Shown here: piece by piece, positions 11,831 to 22,734 of the stretch
How positions within the stretch are numbered: the stretch's first letter is position 1
How the letters are laid out: each line of letters opens with the position of its first letter
Assembly (NCBI GenBank): GCA_963736255.1
Contig: CAVTOI010000002.1
Span: forward strand, 428,411-492,410
Reading direction: 5' to 3'
DNA length: 64,000 nt
Source: Candidatus Aminicenantes bacterium
GTDB lineage: Bacteria > Acidobacteriota > Aminicenantia > Aminicenantales > Saccharicenantaceae
Program-made: the position numbers and the translations under genes
The notes under the pieces: model-generated
Databases searched by the model: none
What the model was told of the DNA's origin: nothing
Seen by the model: only the letters and a program-made list of their open reading frames with translations

Positions 11831-13721
11831 TCAGAACAGTCCGGTGACCCTTCCCGTTTCGAGATCGATGTCGACGTCGTAATAGACGGGCCGCGTGGGC
11901 AGGCCGGGCATTGTCCGCATGTCGCCGCAGAGCGGATACAGGAACCCGGCGCCGACGCTGGCCCGGATATCGCGGACGGGGATCTTGAAGCCCTTGGGGA
12001 CCCCCTTCAGCGCCGGATCGTGGCTCAGGCTGAGGTGGGTCTTGGCCATGCAGATGGGCAGCTTGTCGAAGCCGAGACGGGTGTAGAGGGCCACCTTGGC
12101 CTCCGCTTCCGGCGTGTATTCGACGCCGTCGGCCCCGTAGATCTGGGTGGCGATCGTCTCGATCTTCTTCTTGATGTCCCACTCGAGCGGGTAGAGGAAC
12201 CTGAAATCGGCCGGCTTCTGGCACGCGGCGATAACGGCCTTGGCCAGGGCGACGGCCCCGGCCCCGCCTTCGGCCCAGTGGTCGGCCATGACGGCGTCCT
12301 CGGCGCCGGCCCCGACGGCGGCCTTGCGGACCAGCTCGATCTCGGCGTCGGTGTCGGCGGCGAAGCGGTTGACGGCGACGACGACGGGCACGCCGAAACG
12401 GAGGGCGTTCCTGATGTGGGCGACCATGTTCGGCAGGCCCTTCTCGAGCAGGGCCAGGTTCTCGTCGGTGTATTCGGGGGCCAGGGGCTTGCCGGCCACG
12501 ACCTTGGGCCCTCCCCCGTGCATCTTCAGGGCCCGGATCGTGGCCACGATGACGACGCAGCTCGGGACGAGGCCGCTCGCCCGGCACTTGATGTTCATGA
12601 ACTTTTCCATGCCGCAGTCGGCCCCGAAGCCCGACTCCGTGACCACGAAGCCGTCCTTGCCGACGAGGCGGAGGGCGATCTGGTCGGCGATGATCGAGGA
12701 GTTGCCGTGGGCGATGTTGGCGAACGGGCCGGCGTGAACGATGGCCGGCGTGTTCTCGACCGTCTGCATGAGGTTGGGCATGATGGCGTCCTTCATCAGG
12801 ACGGTCAGGGCGCCGGCGACGCCGAGGTCGTCGGCGGTGACGGCCTCGCCCGCCCGGCTCGTGCCGATGACGATCCGGCCGAGGCGCTCGCGCATGTCGG
12901 CCAGGCCCGTCGTCAGGGCCAGGATGGCCATGATCTCCGAGGCGACCGAGATGTCGAACCCCGTACGGCGGGTCATGCCCTTCTCTTCCGGTCCGAGGCC
13001 GATCTCGACGCACGCGGAGGAAGCGGTCGCTGATGTCGAGGACACGGTTCCAGGTGATGCTGGCCGGGTCGATGTCGAGGCGGAACATCCGGCGCTTTTC
13101 TTCCGCGGTCAGGTCGGCGGGGTCGGTCTTGTCGATGCCGAGCTTCTTGAGGCGGCGGAGCATGATCGGCGAGAAGCGGCGCTCGCCCTTCTTGTTGGCC
13201 GGGCAGAAGGCGTTGAAGAGCTTCTCGTCGTCCTGGGTCGACTCGTGGAGGATGCGCACGTCGATGGCCGCGGCAAGAAGGTCGTGGGAGGCCGTGACGG
13301 CGTGGATGTCGCCGGTCAGGTGGAGGTTGAAGTCCTCCATGGGCACGACCTGGGAATAGCCGCCGCCGGCCGCCCCGCCCTTGATCCCGAAGGTCGGGCC
13401 CATGCTGGGCTGGCGGACGACGGTCATGACCTTCCGGCCGAGGTGGGCGCCGAGTGCCTGGCTCAGGCCGATGGTCGTCGTCGTCTTGCCTTCGCCGAGC
13501 GGAGTCGGGGTGATGGCCGTGACGTCCACGTAGTGGCCCAGGGGACGGTCCTTGAGCCGGTCGAGGACGTCGAGGTGGATCTTGGCTTTGAACTTGCCGT
13601 AGAGGTCGAGGTCGTCCTCGCCGAGACCGAGTCCGGCCGCAACCTTGATGACGGGCAGAAGCTCGGCGGCTTGGGCGATGTCGATGTCGCTCGGAACGGG
13701 TTTGACGGGCTTGACGGACAT
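11831..13721 (-). CDS. fhs: Formate--tetrahydrofolate ligase, with a frameshift near 13035.
   Basis: The N-terminus [17 protein letters not shown]...[12 protein letters not shown] is in ORF 11775..13721. The C-terminus [30 protein letters not shown]...[19 protein letters not shown] is in ORF 11831..13045. Confidence 0.8.
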
Positions 13722-13816
13722 GGTGGCGGGCCTCCTTATCCGGACTTCCGACTGAAGTCTATCGTAGGGAATTAGCCGCAGGAAAACAAGTCCCGACCCG
13801 CCGGCCGCCTCCGCCC

Positions 13817-15119
13817 TTACATGCTGATCGAGATGTTCCGGCCGCCGTTGCCGAACCTCGGGTTGACGACGTTGCTCCGCGTCGAGCCGAAGGAGAAATT
13901 GAACCCGACCGAGAAGGAGTAGTCGTAACCGGTGGCCAGCTGCCTTTGGTGGAGGAGGATCTCCTCGTAGGATGCCCCGCCGGCCGGGAGGGCCAGCTGG
14001 TCGCGGATCCGGGCGTAGCTCCCGTCGACCTCGAAGCTCAACCCCCGCCAGATGCGAAACTCCAGCTCCGCCTCGAGCTCGAGGCGGTTGAACCTGACGT
14101 TGTGGAAGAAGTGCGAACCCTGGAGCTCGACCGAGGCCTTGCCCCAGGGCCGGACGACTTCATAGGCGACGCTCAGCGCTTCCTGGAGCAGAGCTCTCGG
14201 CCGTCTTGAAATAAACGGTCTCCTCGAGGTAGCGGACCCGGCTGAAGCCGAGGCGGTAGAGGATGCGGAGCTGTCGCTTCGTCGACTCGGAATAGGGGAA
14301 GACATCGTATTCGACGGCCGGGGCGGCGGTCAGGCTGAGCTTCAGGTTCGAGTAGGTGGAGGACTCGGCCTCGACATAGCCTCCGACCGACCAGTGTTCG
14401 CCGAGGCTCTTGACGACCAGCGCCGAGCTCCCGTAGCCGTGGGTCGCGCTCTCGTAGACGCTCCCGTCGCCGAGGTCGAACCAGTAATCGTCCCAGTTCC
14501 CGTAGACGGAGGTCCGGACCTTAAACTCCGGCGTCGTCCGGTTGGCCGAGACCGAGGCGTAATAAGAGCCGTTCTTGTATTGCGTCTCGCCCATCAGGAA
14601 GGCGTTGGCGCTGAGGCTGAAAACCCAGAAGTTCCATTTGTCGTTGACCGACGTCGGCTTGGCCTGGTCGAGGAAGCGGACCGAGAGGTCCTTGGCCGAG
14701 GGCGTCTTGGCCGCGTACCGCAGCAGGCCGATCTTGATCAGGCCCGCGACGCCCTTCCTGACGTCTTCGGGCTTTTCGCCGGGCGCCGGGGTGTAGGTCA
14801 GCTTGTTGTCCTGTCCCTGGAAGTCCTTAAAGCCGGTGAATTCGATGGCCAACCCCTCCGGGGGCGGTCCCTGGGGGACCACCGCGACACGGACCTGGGC
14901 GGCCTCAAGTGAGGCGACGAACTCGACGAAGGAGATCTCTGCCCGGAGGGCCTCGATATCGGCGCCGGGCCAATCGAGGAAGACCCGGGGCAGTGCCTGG
15001 GGAGGCGCGCCGGCGGGCGGTGGCGGGACCTGGGCCACGCCGGGAACGGCTGCGACGAGAAGCATGGCCGCGGCGAAGAGGGCCGCGATCCCTGTTTTGC
15101 GCGTGATTGGGGTTTTCAT
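13817..15119 (-). CDS. Secreted, outer-membrane-like hypothetical protein, paralog A, with a frameshift near 14205.
   Basis: Signal peptide [30 protein letters not shown]. The C-terminal portion is predicted to be beta-rich. The tail ...[19 protein letters not shown] is homologous to the end of paralog B. Confidence 0.6.
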
Positions 15120-15134
15120 CGGTCTCTCCGCTTC

Positions 15135-16455
15135 CTAATGGATGCTGATGCTCATGCCGCCGCCCCCGGTGGAGCCGAAGCGGGGATTGATGACGTTGGT
15201 GAAGATGGAGCCGAACTGGAACTGGAAGCCGACGGCCACGAAGTGGTTGCTGGTCATTGGCAGCTCCCGGAGCCGGAGGAGCTGCTCCTCGTAGGTCGGC
15301 TCTCGGCCGAGGAGCGACCGCTGGCTGTCGTGGTACCAGGATTTGCCGCCGAGGACGTAGACGGACAGGCCTTTGTAAAGCCGGAGGTTGACGATGCCGA
15401 ACGTGTCGACGCGATACTGGTCCAGGGCGTGGAGGTAGTTCGAGCCCTCGGCGCTGACGCTGATCGTCCCGAACTTCTCGCGGAGGTCGAGGGTCAGCGA
15501 GAGCTCCTGCTTGAGGAGCGTTTCCCTGAGCTTGCCGAAGACCGTCAATTCCATGTATCGGACGGGGTTCAGGGCCAGGCTGTAGAGGGCCCGGAGCTGT
15601 CGCCGGGTCGACTGAGAGTAGGGAAAGAAGTTGTATTCGACGGCGGGAGCGACCTCCAGCCCGAGATCGATGTTGCTATAAAGAGAGGATTCGACATCGA
15701 AGGAGACGCCGGCCGACCAGTGCTCGCCCAGGCTCTTGACGAAGAGACCGCTCGCCTGCCGGCTCGAAGACTTCCCTGTGATCGTCGTCCTCTTCGATGA
15801 TGTATCTTTGCTTCGCGCTGTCGACGGACAGGCCGAGCCGGATCTTCGACCCCAGGGTCACCCGGTTGGCCGAGAACGAGAAGTCGGTCATGCGGCTCAT
15901 ATAGGTCTCTTCGCCGGAGAAGTAGCCGCTCCCGGTCAAGCCGAAGACCCAGGAGTCCCAGCGGTCGCGAACGAGGCCGGCCGCCTCGGGCCGGGTGTAG
16001 TCCACGGCGATGCGGCAGGCGATCGGCGTCCGTCCAACGTAGCTCATAAGCCCCAGCTTCAGGGCCCTGACGAGGCCCCGGCGGACGTCGTCATCGGTGT
16101 CGGTCTGCGAAGAATAATATTTCTGGATGTCGGTGAGGTCCCGGCATTCGTTCTGTCCGATGAAGGTCACGGTGTATTCCCGCCCGCCGCTTCCCGTCGC
16201 TTGGGTCGTGATGAGAACGTGGACCTGGGCTTCGAGGCGGTCGCGGACGTAATTGACGAAGGTGATCTCGGTCTTGATGTAATTGAGATCACAGCTATCG
16301 CAGTCGAGGAAGACCTTGACGGCCGTCTTCTTCAGCTCGTCGATGTCCGGCGTGACGGCCTGGCCGGCCGCCGGACGGGGGGACGCGAATCCCAATCCCA
16401 GGACCAGGATCAAAGGCAGAATAAGCATTGACGCGGCTCCGGAGGATCTCAGCAT
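15135..16455 (-). CDS. Secreted, outer-membrane-like hypothetical protein, paralog B, with a frameshift near 15780.
   Basis: Signal peptide MLRSSGAASMLILPLILVLGLGFASPRPAAGQA. It aligns to paralog A throughout ([19 protein letters not shown]..., EYNFFPYSQSTRRQLRALY..., end ...TNVINPRFGSTGGGGMSISIH). Confidence 0.6.
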
Positions 16456-16540
16456 GAACGCTCTCTTTCATAGGGCCGAAGGGCCCGGGGCCTCGAGGGA
16501 CTGCAGGCCAGGTACGCAGCAAGTCTTATGCCAATAAGAA

Positions 16541-16560
16541 CGGCCCCGCCTCGGGGGCGA
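16541..16560 (-). terminator. Putative intrinsic terminator downstream of the porin gene.
   Basis: On the minus strand there is a CCCCG-agg-CGGGG hairpin followed by UUCUUAUU. Confidence 0.35.
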
Positions 16561-16621
16561 ACACAAGACGGCTTGGTATATATACGCTGGGCCGTAAGGA
16601 ATGTTTACAGGATCAGGGAAA

Positions 16622-17890
16622 TCAGAAGAAATAGTAGGCCGCCAGAAGGAGCCGGAGGTTCCGGACGAACCGGGCGTCAGCGACCTTGCCGAAGAGATCC
16701 GGCGTGCCGTAGGAGGCCGCCGTTAGCTCGACCTCGCCGGCGAAGCGCATCTTCCCGACGTTGTAGACGAGCCGGGGCGAAAGGCGATATAGCTCGTCGA
16801 TGTTGAAGCCGCGCGCGTAGTTGGCCCCGGTGATCTCGTGAGGAGAGCCCAGATTCTTGGAGTAGCCGGCGAAAAGGCCGGTTTGCCAAGGCGCGCCGTT
16901 CGTCTGGACCTCGGTCCACAGGGACAGGGCGGCGGTCGGGGTGTAGGCCCAATCCAACCGGGTTTCGTCGACGACGTCGCGGACGGCATAGCCGCCGAGC
17001 ATTGTCAGATGATGGAGATTCTGGCCCCAGACGGCTTCGGCCTTCCACGTCCACTTCGGCCACTTCTGTTTGAAGAAGGCCATGGCCGCGAGGCCGGTGA
17101 GGGACTCGTCCGTGGCGTAACCGAGGGCCGTGACGATACGGGGGGCGATCCGCATCACATCGCCGCCGATGCCGGCCACGGTCTCGGTCCTCCGCTCATC
17201 GTTCTTCGATGAAACCTGCAGCTTGAGGTTGAATTCCGGCAGCGCGGCGTTGCGGAGGTAGACGGAGCTCGCCCCCTCCGGGCCGTTGCTCGCGAAGTCG
17301 CGCTGGGCCAGGGCGGTGGCGGCCAGGCTGAGGCCGCCGAACGTCCGGGTGTAGCGGACCTGCGGGCTGCGGTTGAAGGGCTGGAAGGGCGCCCCGGTGT
17401 CGAACGAGACGACGTCGGGAAAGCTCTCGGTCACGAACATCGGGTGCCAGAACTGGCCGACCATGAGCTCCGAATGCGGCCAATTGAGCTTGAGGTAGCC
17501 GTGACGGAGGCGGAAGCCGTTGATGTCCGCTTCGGAGTGGCCGAAGAACTCGGCCTCGAGAAAAGCCGAGGTCTTGGCGCCGAGGGCGTCCGGCCCGGTG
17601 ATCTTCCCGGCCAGGCGGGTCTGGATGGACAGGATGTGGAACGAATCCCGGGCGTTGATGTCGGTCCCGTCGGGATCGAGCTGCGGGCCCTTGGGGAAGA
17701 GCAGGAAATGCCCTTCGCGGATGCTCGTCGTCTGCCGCGTATCGAAGAAGATGTCGGTCTTGACGAATCCCGACAGGGTGATGCCGAAGACGGGCGGCTT
17801 CCTGTCGTCCTGGGCCGGCGCCGGCGGGGCGGCCACAGCGGCGCCAAGGGCGAGGACGAGAACGGACGCCAAAAAGCATGTCTTCTTCAT
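16622..17890 (-). CDS. Outer membrane porin / beta-barrel protein.
   Basis: Signal peptide MKKTCFLASVLVLALGAAVAAPPAPAQ. It has an amphipathic beta-strand pattern and ends with the aromatic signature ...AAYYFF. Confidence 0.65.
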   Translation of the reverse strand: MKKTCFLASVLVLALGAAVAAPPAPAQDDRKPPVFGITLSGFVKTDIFFDTRQTTSIREGHFLLFPKGPQLDPDGTDINARDSFHILSIQTRLAGKITGPDALGAKTSAFLEAEFFGHSEADINGFRLRHGYLKLNWPHSELMVGQFWHPMFVTESFPDVVSFDTGAPFQPFNRSPQVRYTRTFGGLSLAATALAQRDFASNGPEGASSVYLRNAALPEFNLKLQVSSKNDERRTETVAGIGGDVMRIAPRIVTALGYATDESLTGLAAMAFFKQKWPKWTWKAEAVWGQNLHHLTMLGGYAVRDVVDETRLDWAYTPTAALSLWTEVQTNGAPWQTGLFAGYSKNLGSPHEITGANYARGFNIDELYRLSPRLVYNVGKMRFAGEVELTAASYGTPDLFGKVADARFVRNLRLLLAAYYFF

Positions 17891-18007
17891 GTCGATCTCC
17901 AGGCGGGATGGGCCGCCGCGGGCGGCGGCCGGGGGAGTCCGGCCCTTCGTCCGGAGAGGATTATATCGGCCGGGAGGCGAAAGTCAATTGTGTGGTAAAA
18001 TCCGGGC

Positions 18008-19815
18008 ATGAAAACCGCCCGATGGGCTATGGCCGGGATGATCGTCCTCGCCGTCCTGCCGCGTCTCGCCGGGCAGGCCCGCGGACTTCCGTCTCGGCGA
18101 GAGCGAATTCCTCCTCAACGGCAAGCCGTTCCGCATCATGGCCGGCGAGATCCACTACCAGCGCATCCCGCGCGAATACTGGGCCGACCGGCTGATGAAG
18201 GTCAAGGCCGCCGGCCTCAACACGGTCGGCACGTATGTCTTCTGGAACGCTCTCGAGCCGGAGCCCGGCCAGTGGGATCTTCTCCGGAGGGAACGACCTG
18301 GCCGCCTTCATCCGGACGGCCCAGCGGGTCGGGCTGTGGGTCATCGTCCGGCCGGGCCCCTACGCCTGCGCGGAATGGGATTTCGGCGGACTGCCGGCCT
18401 GGCTCCTGCGGACGCCGGACATCAAGGTCCGCTGCTCCGACCCGCGCTACCTCGAGGCCTGCGAATCCTATGTCCTGAAGCTCGGCGAGATCCTGCGCGA
18501 TCTCCAGGTCCACCGCGGCGGCCCCGTCCTCATGGTCCAGGTCGAGAACGAGTACGGCAGCTACGGGAACGACCGGGACTATATGCTGGCTCTCAAGGGC
18601 TTCTGGGACAAGGCCGGGATCGAGGTGCCCCTCTACACGGCCGACGGCGCGACCCCCTACATGCTCGAAGCCGGAAGCCTGCCGGGAGCGGCCATCGGGC
18701 TCGACCCCGGCACGAACGAGAAGCATTTCGCCGAGGCGGCCCGGCTCGAGCGCGGTGTCCCCATTTTTTGCAGCGAGCTTTACCCGGGCTGGCTGACCCA
18801 CTGGGGCGAGGAGTGGGCCCGGGTCAAGACCGAGGACGTCCTGCCTGACCTGCGCTGGCTCCTCGACCACGGCAAGTCCTTCAGCTTCTACATGTTCCAC
18901 GGCGGGACGAACTTCGGCTTCATGGCCGGGGCCAATTTCAGCGACAAGTACGAGCCTGATGTGACGAGCTACGATTACGACGCGCCCCTCGACGAGGCCG
19001 GACGGCCGACGCCCAAGTACTTCGCCATCCGCGATATCCTGGCGCGGTATCAGCCGAAAGGGACGAAGCTTCCCGACCTGCCTGAGCCCTTGGCGGCGAT
19101 CACGATCCCCGGGATCGGGCTCGACGAGAGCGCCTCCGTCTTCGACAACCTGCCGCCGGCCGTGCGGAGCGCGCAGCCGGGCCCGATGGAATCGTACGGA
19201 CAGAACCACGGCTTCATCCTCTACCGGACGAAGCTCCTCGGCCACCGCGGCGGCAAGCTCGCCGTGACCGACGTTCACGATTACGCCGCGGTCTTCGCCG
19301 ACGGCCGGCCCGTCGGGACGATCGACCGGACGAAGAGCGAAACGGCCCTCGACGTCCCCAAGTCCGAGCCGGCCAACGAGACGCTCGACATCCTGGTCGA
19401 GGCCATGGGCCGGATCAACTATGGGCCCCGGCTCCTCGACCGCAAAGGCATCACCGAGCGGGTGACGCTGAACAATATGACCTTGATGGGCTGGGACGTC
19501 CACCCGCTGCCGATGGACGGGGAGTACCTGGAGCGGCTCAAGTTCGGGCGCCGTCCGGCCGACCGGCCGGCGAACTTCTTCCGCGGCCGCTTCGACCTCC
19601 AGAACACCGGCGACACCTATCTCGACATGAGCGGCTGGAAGAAGGGGGTCGTCTGGATCAACGGGCGGAACCTTGGACGCTACTGGGACCGCGGGCCGCA
19701 GAAACGTCTTTTCTGCCCGGCGCCGTTCCTGAGGCCGGGAACGAACGAGATCGTCGTCTTCGACCTCCACGTCCTCAAGCCGGCGCCCATCGCGGGCTTC
19801 AGGGACTTAGAGTAG
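18008..19815 (+). CDS. Glycoside hydrolase family 35 beta-galactosidase, with two frameshifts near 18060 and 18285.
   Basis: Signal peptide MKTARWAMAGMIVLAVLPRLAGQA. FRIMAGEIHYQRIPREYWADRLMKVKAAGLNTVGTYVFWNALEPEPGQW is in a second frame. The remainder, GGNDLAAFIRTAQRVGLWVIVRPGPYACAEWDFGGLPAWL...VENEYGS..., is in a third frame. Confidence 0.75.
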
Positions 19816-22494
19816 CTCCTTCGAGACTTCGACGAGCGAGCTTTCGAGGTCGTTGACGATGCGGAAGCCTCGCTTCTCGAAGACGGCGATCATTCGCGGA
19901 TTGTCCGTTGTCGTGATGGCCGTGACCGTCCGGATGCCCCAGTCCTTGGCGATGCCGAGGCAATAGTCGGTCAGCAGCCCCCCCAGTCCCTTGTCCTGCC
20001 AGGCGTCTTGGACGAGCACGGCGTATTCGGCCGACGTCCGGCCCGGTTCGGCGACGAGCCGCCCGACCCCGACGAGACGGCGGTCCTTTCCCTCGCCGGA
20101 CTCGGCGACGATGGCCATCTCCCGGTCGTAGTCGATGTAGCAGTAGCGGCTGGCCACCTCATGGGACTGCCAGAAGAAGAAATAACGGAAGCGCGAGTAG
20201 ATGGACTCCCGCGAACAGCTGGCGAGAAGGGCCAGCCAGAGCGGCTCGTCCTCGGGCTTGATCGGACGGAGCGTGATCGGCGCTCCGTCGCGCATGCGCA
20301 TCCTTTTAACGAACTCCTCGGGGTAGGGCCGCAGAGAGAGGTGCGCGTAGGGCCGCTTCGGGTCCTCGACGGCGGTCCTGTCGCCGACGACACGGGCGTC
20401 GAGGGCGACGACCCCGTCGGGGGTCACCAGCAGCGGATTGATATCGAGCTCCGCGATTTCCGGAAAGTCGGCGGCCAGGTAGGACAGGCGCACCAGGGTC
20501 TCGACGAGCTTGTCCACGGCCGCGGCAGGACGCCCTCGGTAACCATAGAGAAGCGGCCGCATCCGAAGCTCGTCGATCATGCGCCGGGCCAGCCGCTCGT
20601 TGAGCGGCGGGAAGCCGATCGAGAGGTCCTTGTAGATCTCCGCGGCGGTCCCGCCCATGCCGGCCATGACGACGGTGCCGAAGGTTGGGTCCTTCTTGAC
20701 GCCGAGGATCATCTCGACGCCGTCATCGGACCGGACCATCCTCTGGACCGTGACACCTTCGAGGCGCGCCCCCGAGGCCTTGCGTCCGACGGTCTCCATC
20801 ATGGCTTCGAACGCGGCCCGGACCGCCCCGGCATCGGGGAGATCGAGGACCACGCCGCCGACGTCCGTCTTGTGGGTGATATCCGGGGACAGGATCTTGA
20901 GCACCACCGGGTAGCCGGCGGCTTCGGCCGCCGCGACGGCATCTCCGGCCGTGGCCGCCGCGACGGGTCCCGTGACCGGGATGCCGTAAGACGCGAGGAG
21001 CTCCTTGGACCTCGATTCGGACAGGGGCCCCTCAGCCACGGTCAGAATGCCGGCGAACCTCGCCCGCAGCTCCCTGCGGTCGACGGGAAAATCGACCGGG
21101 ATGTCCTTGGGCGTTTCGTAGAGGATCTCGAGGTTACGGGCGTAGGAGACGAGAGTCATGAACGCCTTGACGGCCTGTTCGGGCGTCGGGTAGGTCGGGA
21201 TGCCGGCCTCATTCAGGAGGTTCGTCCCCTCCCGCATGGATGCCCCGCCGAGCCAGGCCGCCAGGACGGGCTTGGGGGTGGCGCCCGCCTGGGCGCAGAT
21301 CTCCCTGGCCACCGCGGTCGGATTGGTCATGGCCTGGGGGGTGATGATGACGAGGAGGGCGTCAACGCCCGGGTCTTGCAGGACGATCTGGGCCGCCTTG
21401 GCCACGAGCTTCGACTTGGCGTCGCCGAGGACGTCCACGGGATTGCGCCGCGACCACTGCGGCGGCAGGCTCTCGTTGAGAACGCGCATCGTCTCGTCGG
21501 ACAGGCGGGCCAGCGCCCCGCCCGAGGCGACGAGCGCGTCGGTGGCCATGACGCCGGGTCCTCCGGCGTTCGTCAGCACGGCCAGGCGCGGGCCCTTGGG
21601 GACCTTGTGCCGGCCGACGAGGTCAGCGCAGTCGAAGATCTCCCCAATGTTGAAGACCCGGGCCAGGCCCATGCGCTCGAAGGCCGCGTCGAAGACGGCG
21701 TCCTCGCCGGCCAAGGCCCCGGTGTGGGAAGCGGCCGCGGCCGCGGATTCGGGGAAGCGTCCGGCCTTGTAGGCGACGATGGGCTTCATACGGGCGAAGG
21801 CCCGGGCGGCGGTCATGAATTTCCGGGCGTCCGGGATGGATTCGATGTAGAGGAGGATGGACTTGGTCGCTTCGTCCTCGCCGAGATAGTCGATGAGGTC
21901 GCCGAACTCGACATCGATCATGTTGCCGGTCGAAACGAAATGCGAGAAGCCAAGCTTCTCCTCGGCGGCCCAGTCGAGGACGGACGTGCAGAGCGCCCCG
22001 GATTGGGAGACGAAAGCGACGTGCCCGGGGCGGGGCATGGCGCCGGCGAAGCTGGCGTTGAGGGGCAGGCCCGGGGAGATGATGCCGAGGCAGTTGGGCC
22101 CGATGATCCTCAGGCCTTCGAAGCGCCGGGCTTCGGCGAGGATCGACTGCTCGAGGGCCAGGCCGGCCGGCCCGGTCTCGCGGAAGCCGGCCGAGACGAT
22201 GATCAGGCCTCGGATGCCGGCCTCTCCGCAGTCGCGGACGAGCCCCGGGACCTGGGCGGCCGCGGCGCAGATGACGCCGAGGTCCGCGGTCTTGGGGAGC
22301 GAGGCGACGCTCGGGAAGCAGGGGATGCCCATCACGGCTTCGACGGACGGGGCGACGGGATAGACGACGCCGCGGAAGCCGCCGCCGATAAGGTTGGCGA
22401 GGATCCGGCCGCTGACGCTCTTCGGGTTCGGGCTGACCCCGACCAGGGCGATCCGCTGAGGCTTGAAGATCTTGTCGAGGGAGAGGCTATTCAT
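19807..22494 (-). CDS. Pat/YfiQ-like protein lysine acetyltransferase. It has an NDP-forming acyl-CoA synthetase-like N-terminus (CoA-binding plus ATP-grasp) and a C-terminal GNAT.
   Basis: There is a GGAGGA SD before MNSLSLDKIFKPQRIALVGVSPNPKSVSG. The succinyl-CoA-synthetase-like fold is present. The C-terminal GNAT reads ...AIVAESGEG...QDKGLGGLLTDYCL...FEKRGFRIV. Confidence 0.8.
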   Translation of the reverse strand: MNSLSLDKIFKPQRIALVGVSPNPKSVSGRILANLIGGGFRGVVYPVAPSVEAVMGIPCFPSVASLPKTADLGVICAAAAQVPGLVRDCGEAGIRGLIIVSAGFRETGPAGLALEQSILAEARRFEGLRIIGPNCLGIISPGLPLNASFAGAMPRPGHVAFVSQSGALCTSVLDWAAEEKLGFSHFVSTGNMIDVEFGDLIDYLGEDEATKSILLYIESIPDARKFMTAARAFARMKPIVAYKAGRFPESAAAAASHTGALAGEDAVFDAAFERMGLARVFNIGEIFDCADLVGRHKVPKGPRLAVLTNAGGPGVMATDALVASGGALARLSDETMRVLNESLPPQWSRRNPVDVLGDAKSKLVAKAAQIVLQDPGVDALLVIITPQAMTNPTAVAREICAQAGATPKPVLAAWLGGASMREGTNLLNEAGIPTYPTPEQAVKAFMTLVSYARNLEILYETPKDIPVDFPVDRRELRARFAGILTVAEGPLSESRSKELLASYGIPVTGPVAAATAGDAVAAAEAAGYPVVLKILSPDITHKTDVGGVVLDLPDAGAVRAAFEAMMETVGRKASGARLEGVTVQRMVRSDDGVEMILGVKKDPTFGTVVMAGMGGTAAEIYKDLSIGFPPLNERLARRMIDELRMRPLLYGYRGRPAAAVDKLVETLVRLSYLAADFPEIAELDINPLLVTPDGVVALDARVVGDRTAVEDPKRPYAHLSLRPYPEEFVKRMRMRDGAPITLRPIKPEDEPLWLALLASCSRESIYSRFRYFFFWQSHEVASRYCYIDYDREMAIVAESGEGKDRRLVGVGRLVAEPGRTSAEYAVLVQDAWQDKGLGGLLTDYCLGIAKDWGIRTVTAITTTDNPRMIAVFEKRGFRIVNDLESSLVEVSKELL

Positions 22495-22734
22495 CGGTCC
22501 TCCATTCTCGCCCATGGACTTCTTCTTTTCAAGGTCCATCTCCCGATGCCAGGCGATCGTCTTCTCGGCGTGCTCGGGATATCGCTCCTTGCCCCCGCAC
22601 CCCGGAAACCTTGTAGCTGGTTTCCCCCGCCTCCGGCGGGCCCCCCTTCCCTTACGGGGGCTTTGGAGCGAAATCCCTCGCCGCCTCACGACGGACGCGA
22701 GGCACCTGAGATGGAATGCTGGAATACCGGGGTA

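Noticed and set aside
17891-18007. Extended -10 (TGGTAAAAT) immediately before the GH35 ATG, implying a leaderless mRNA.
   Set aside because: It is a plausible motif match, but it cannot be distinguished by eye from a chance match.
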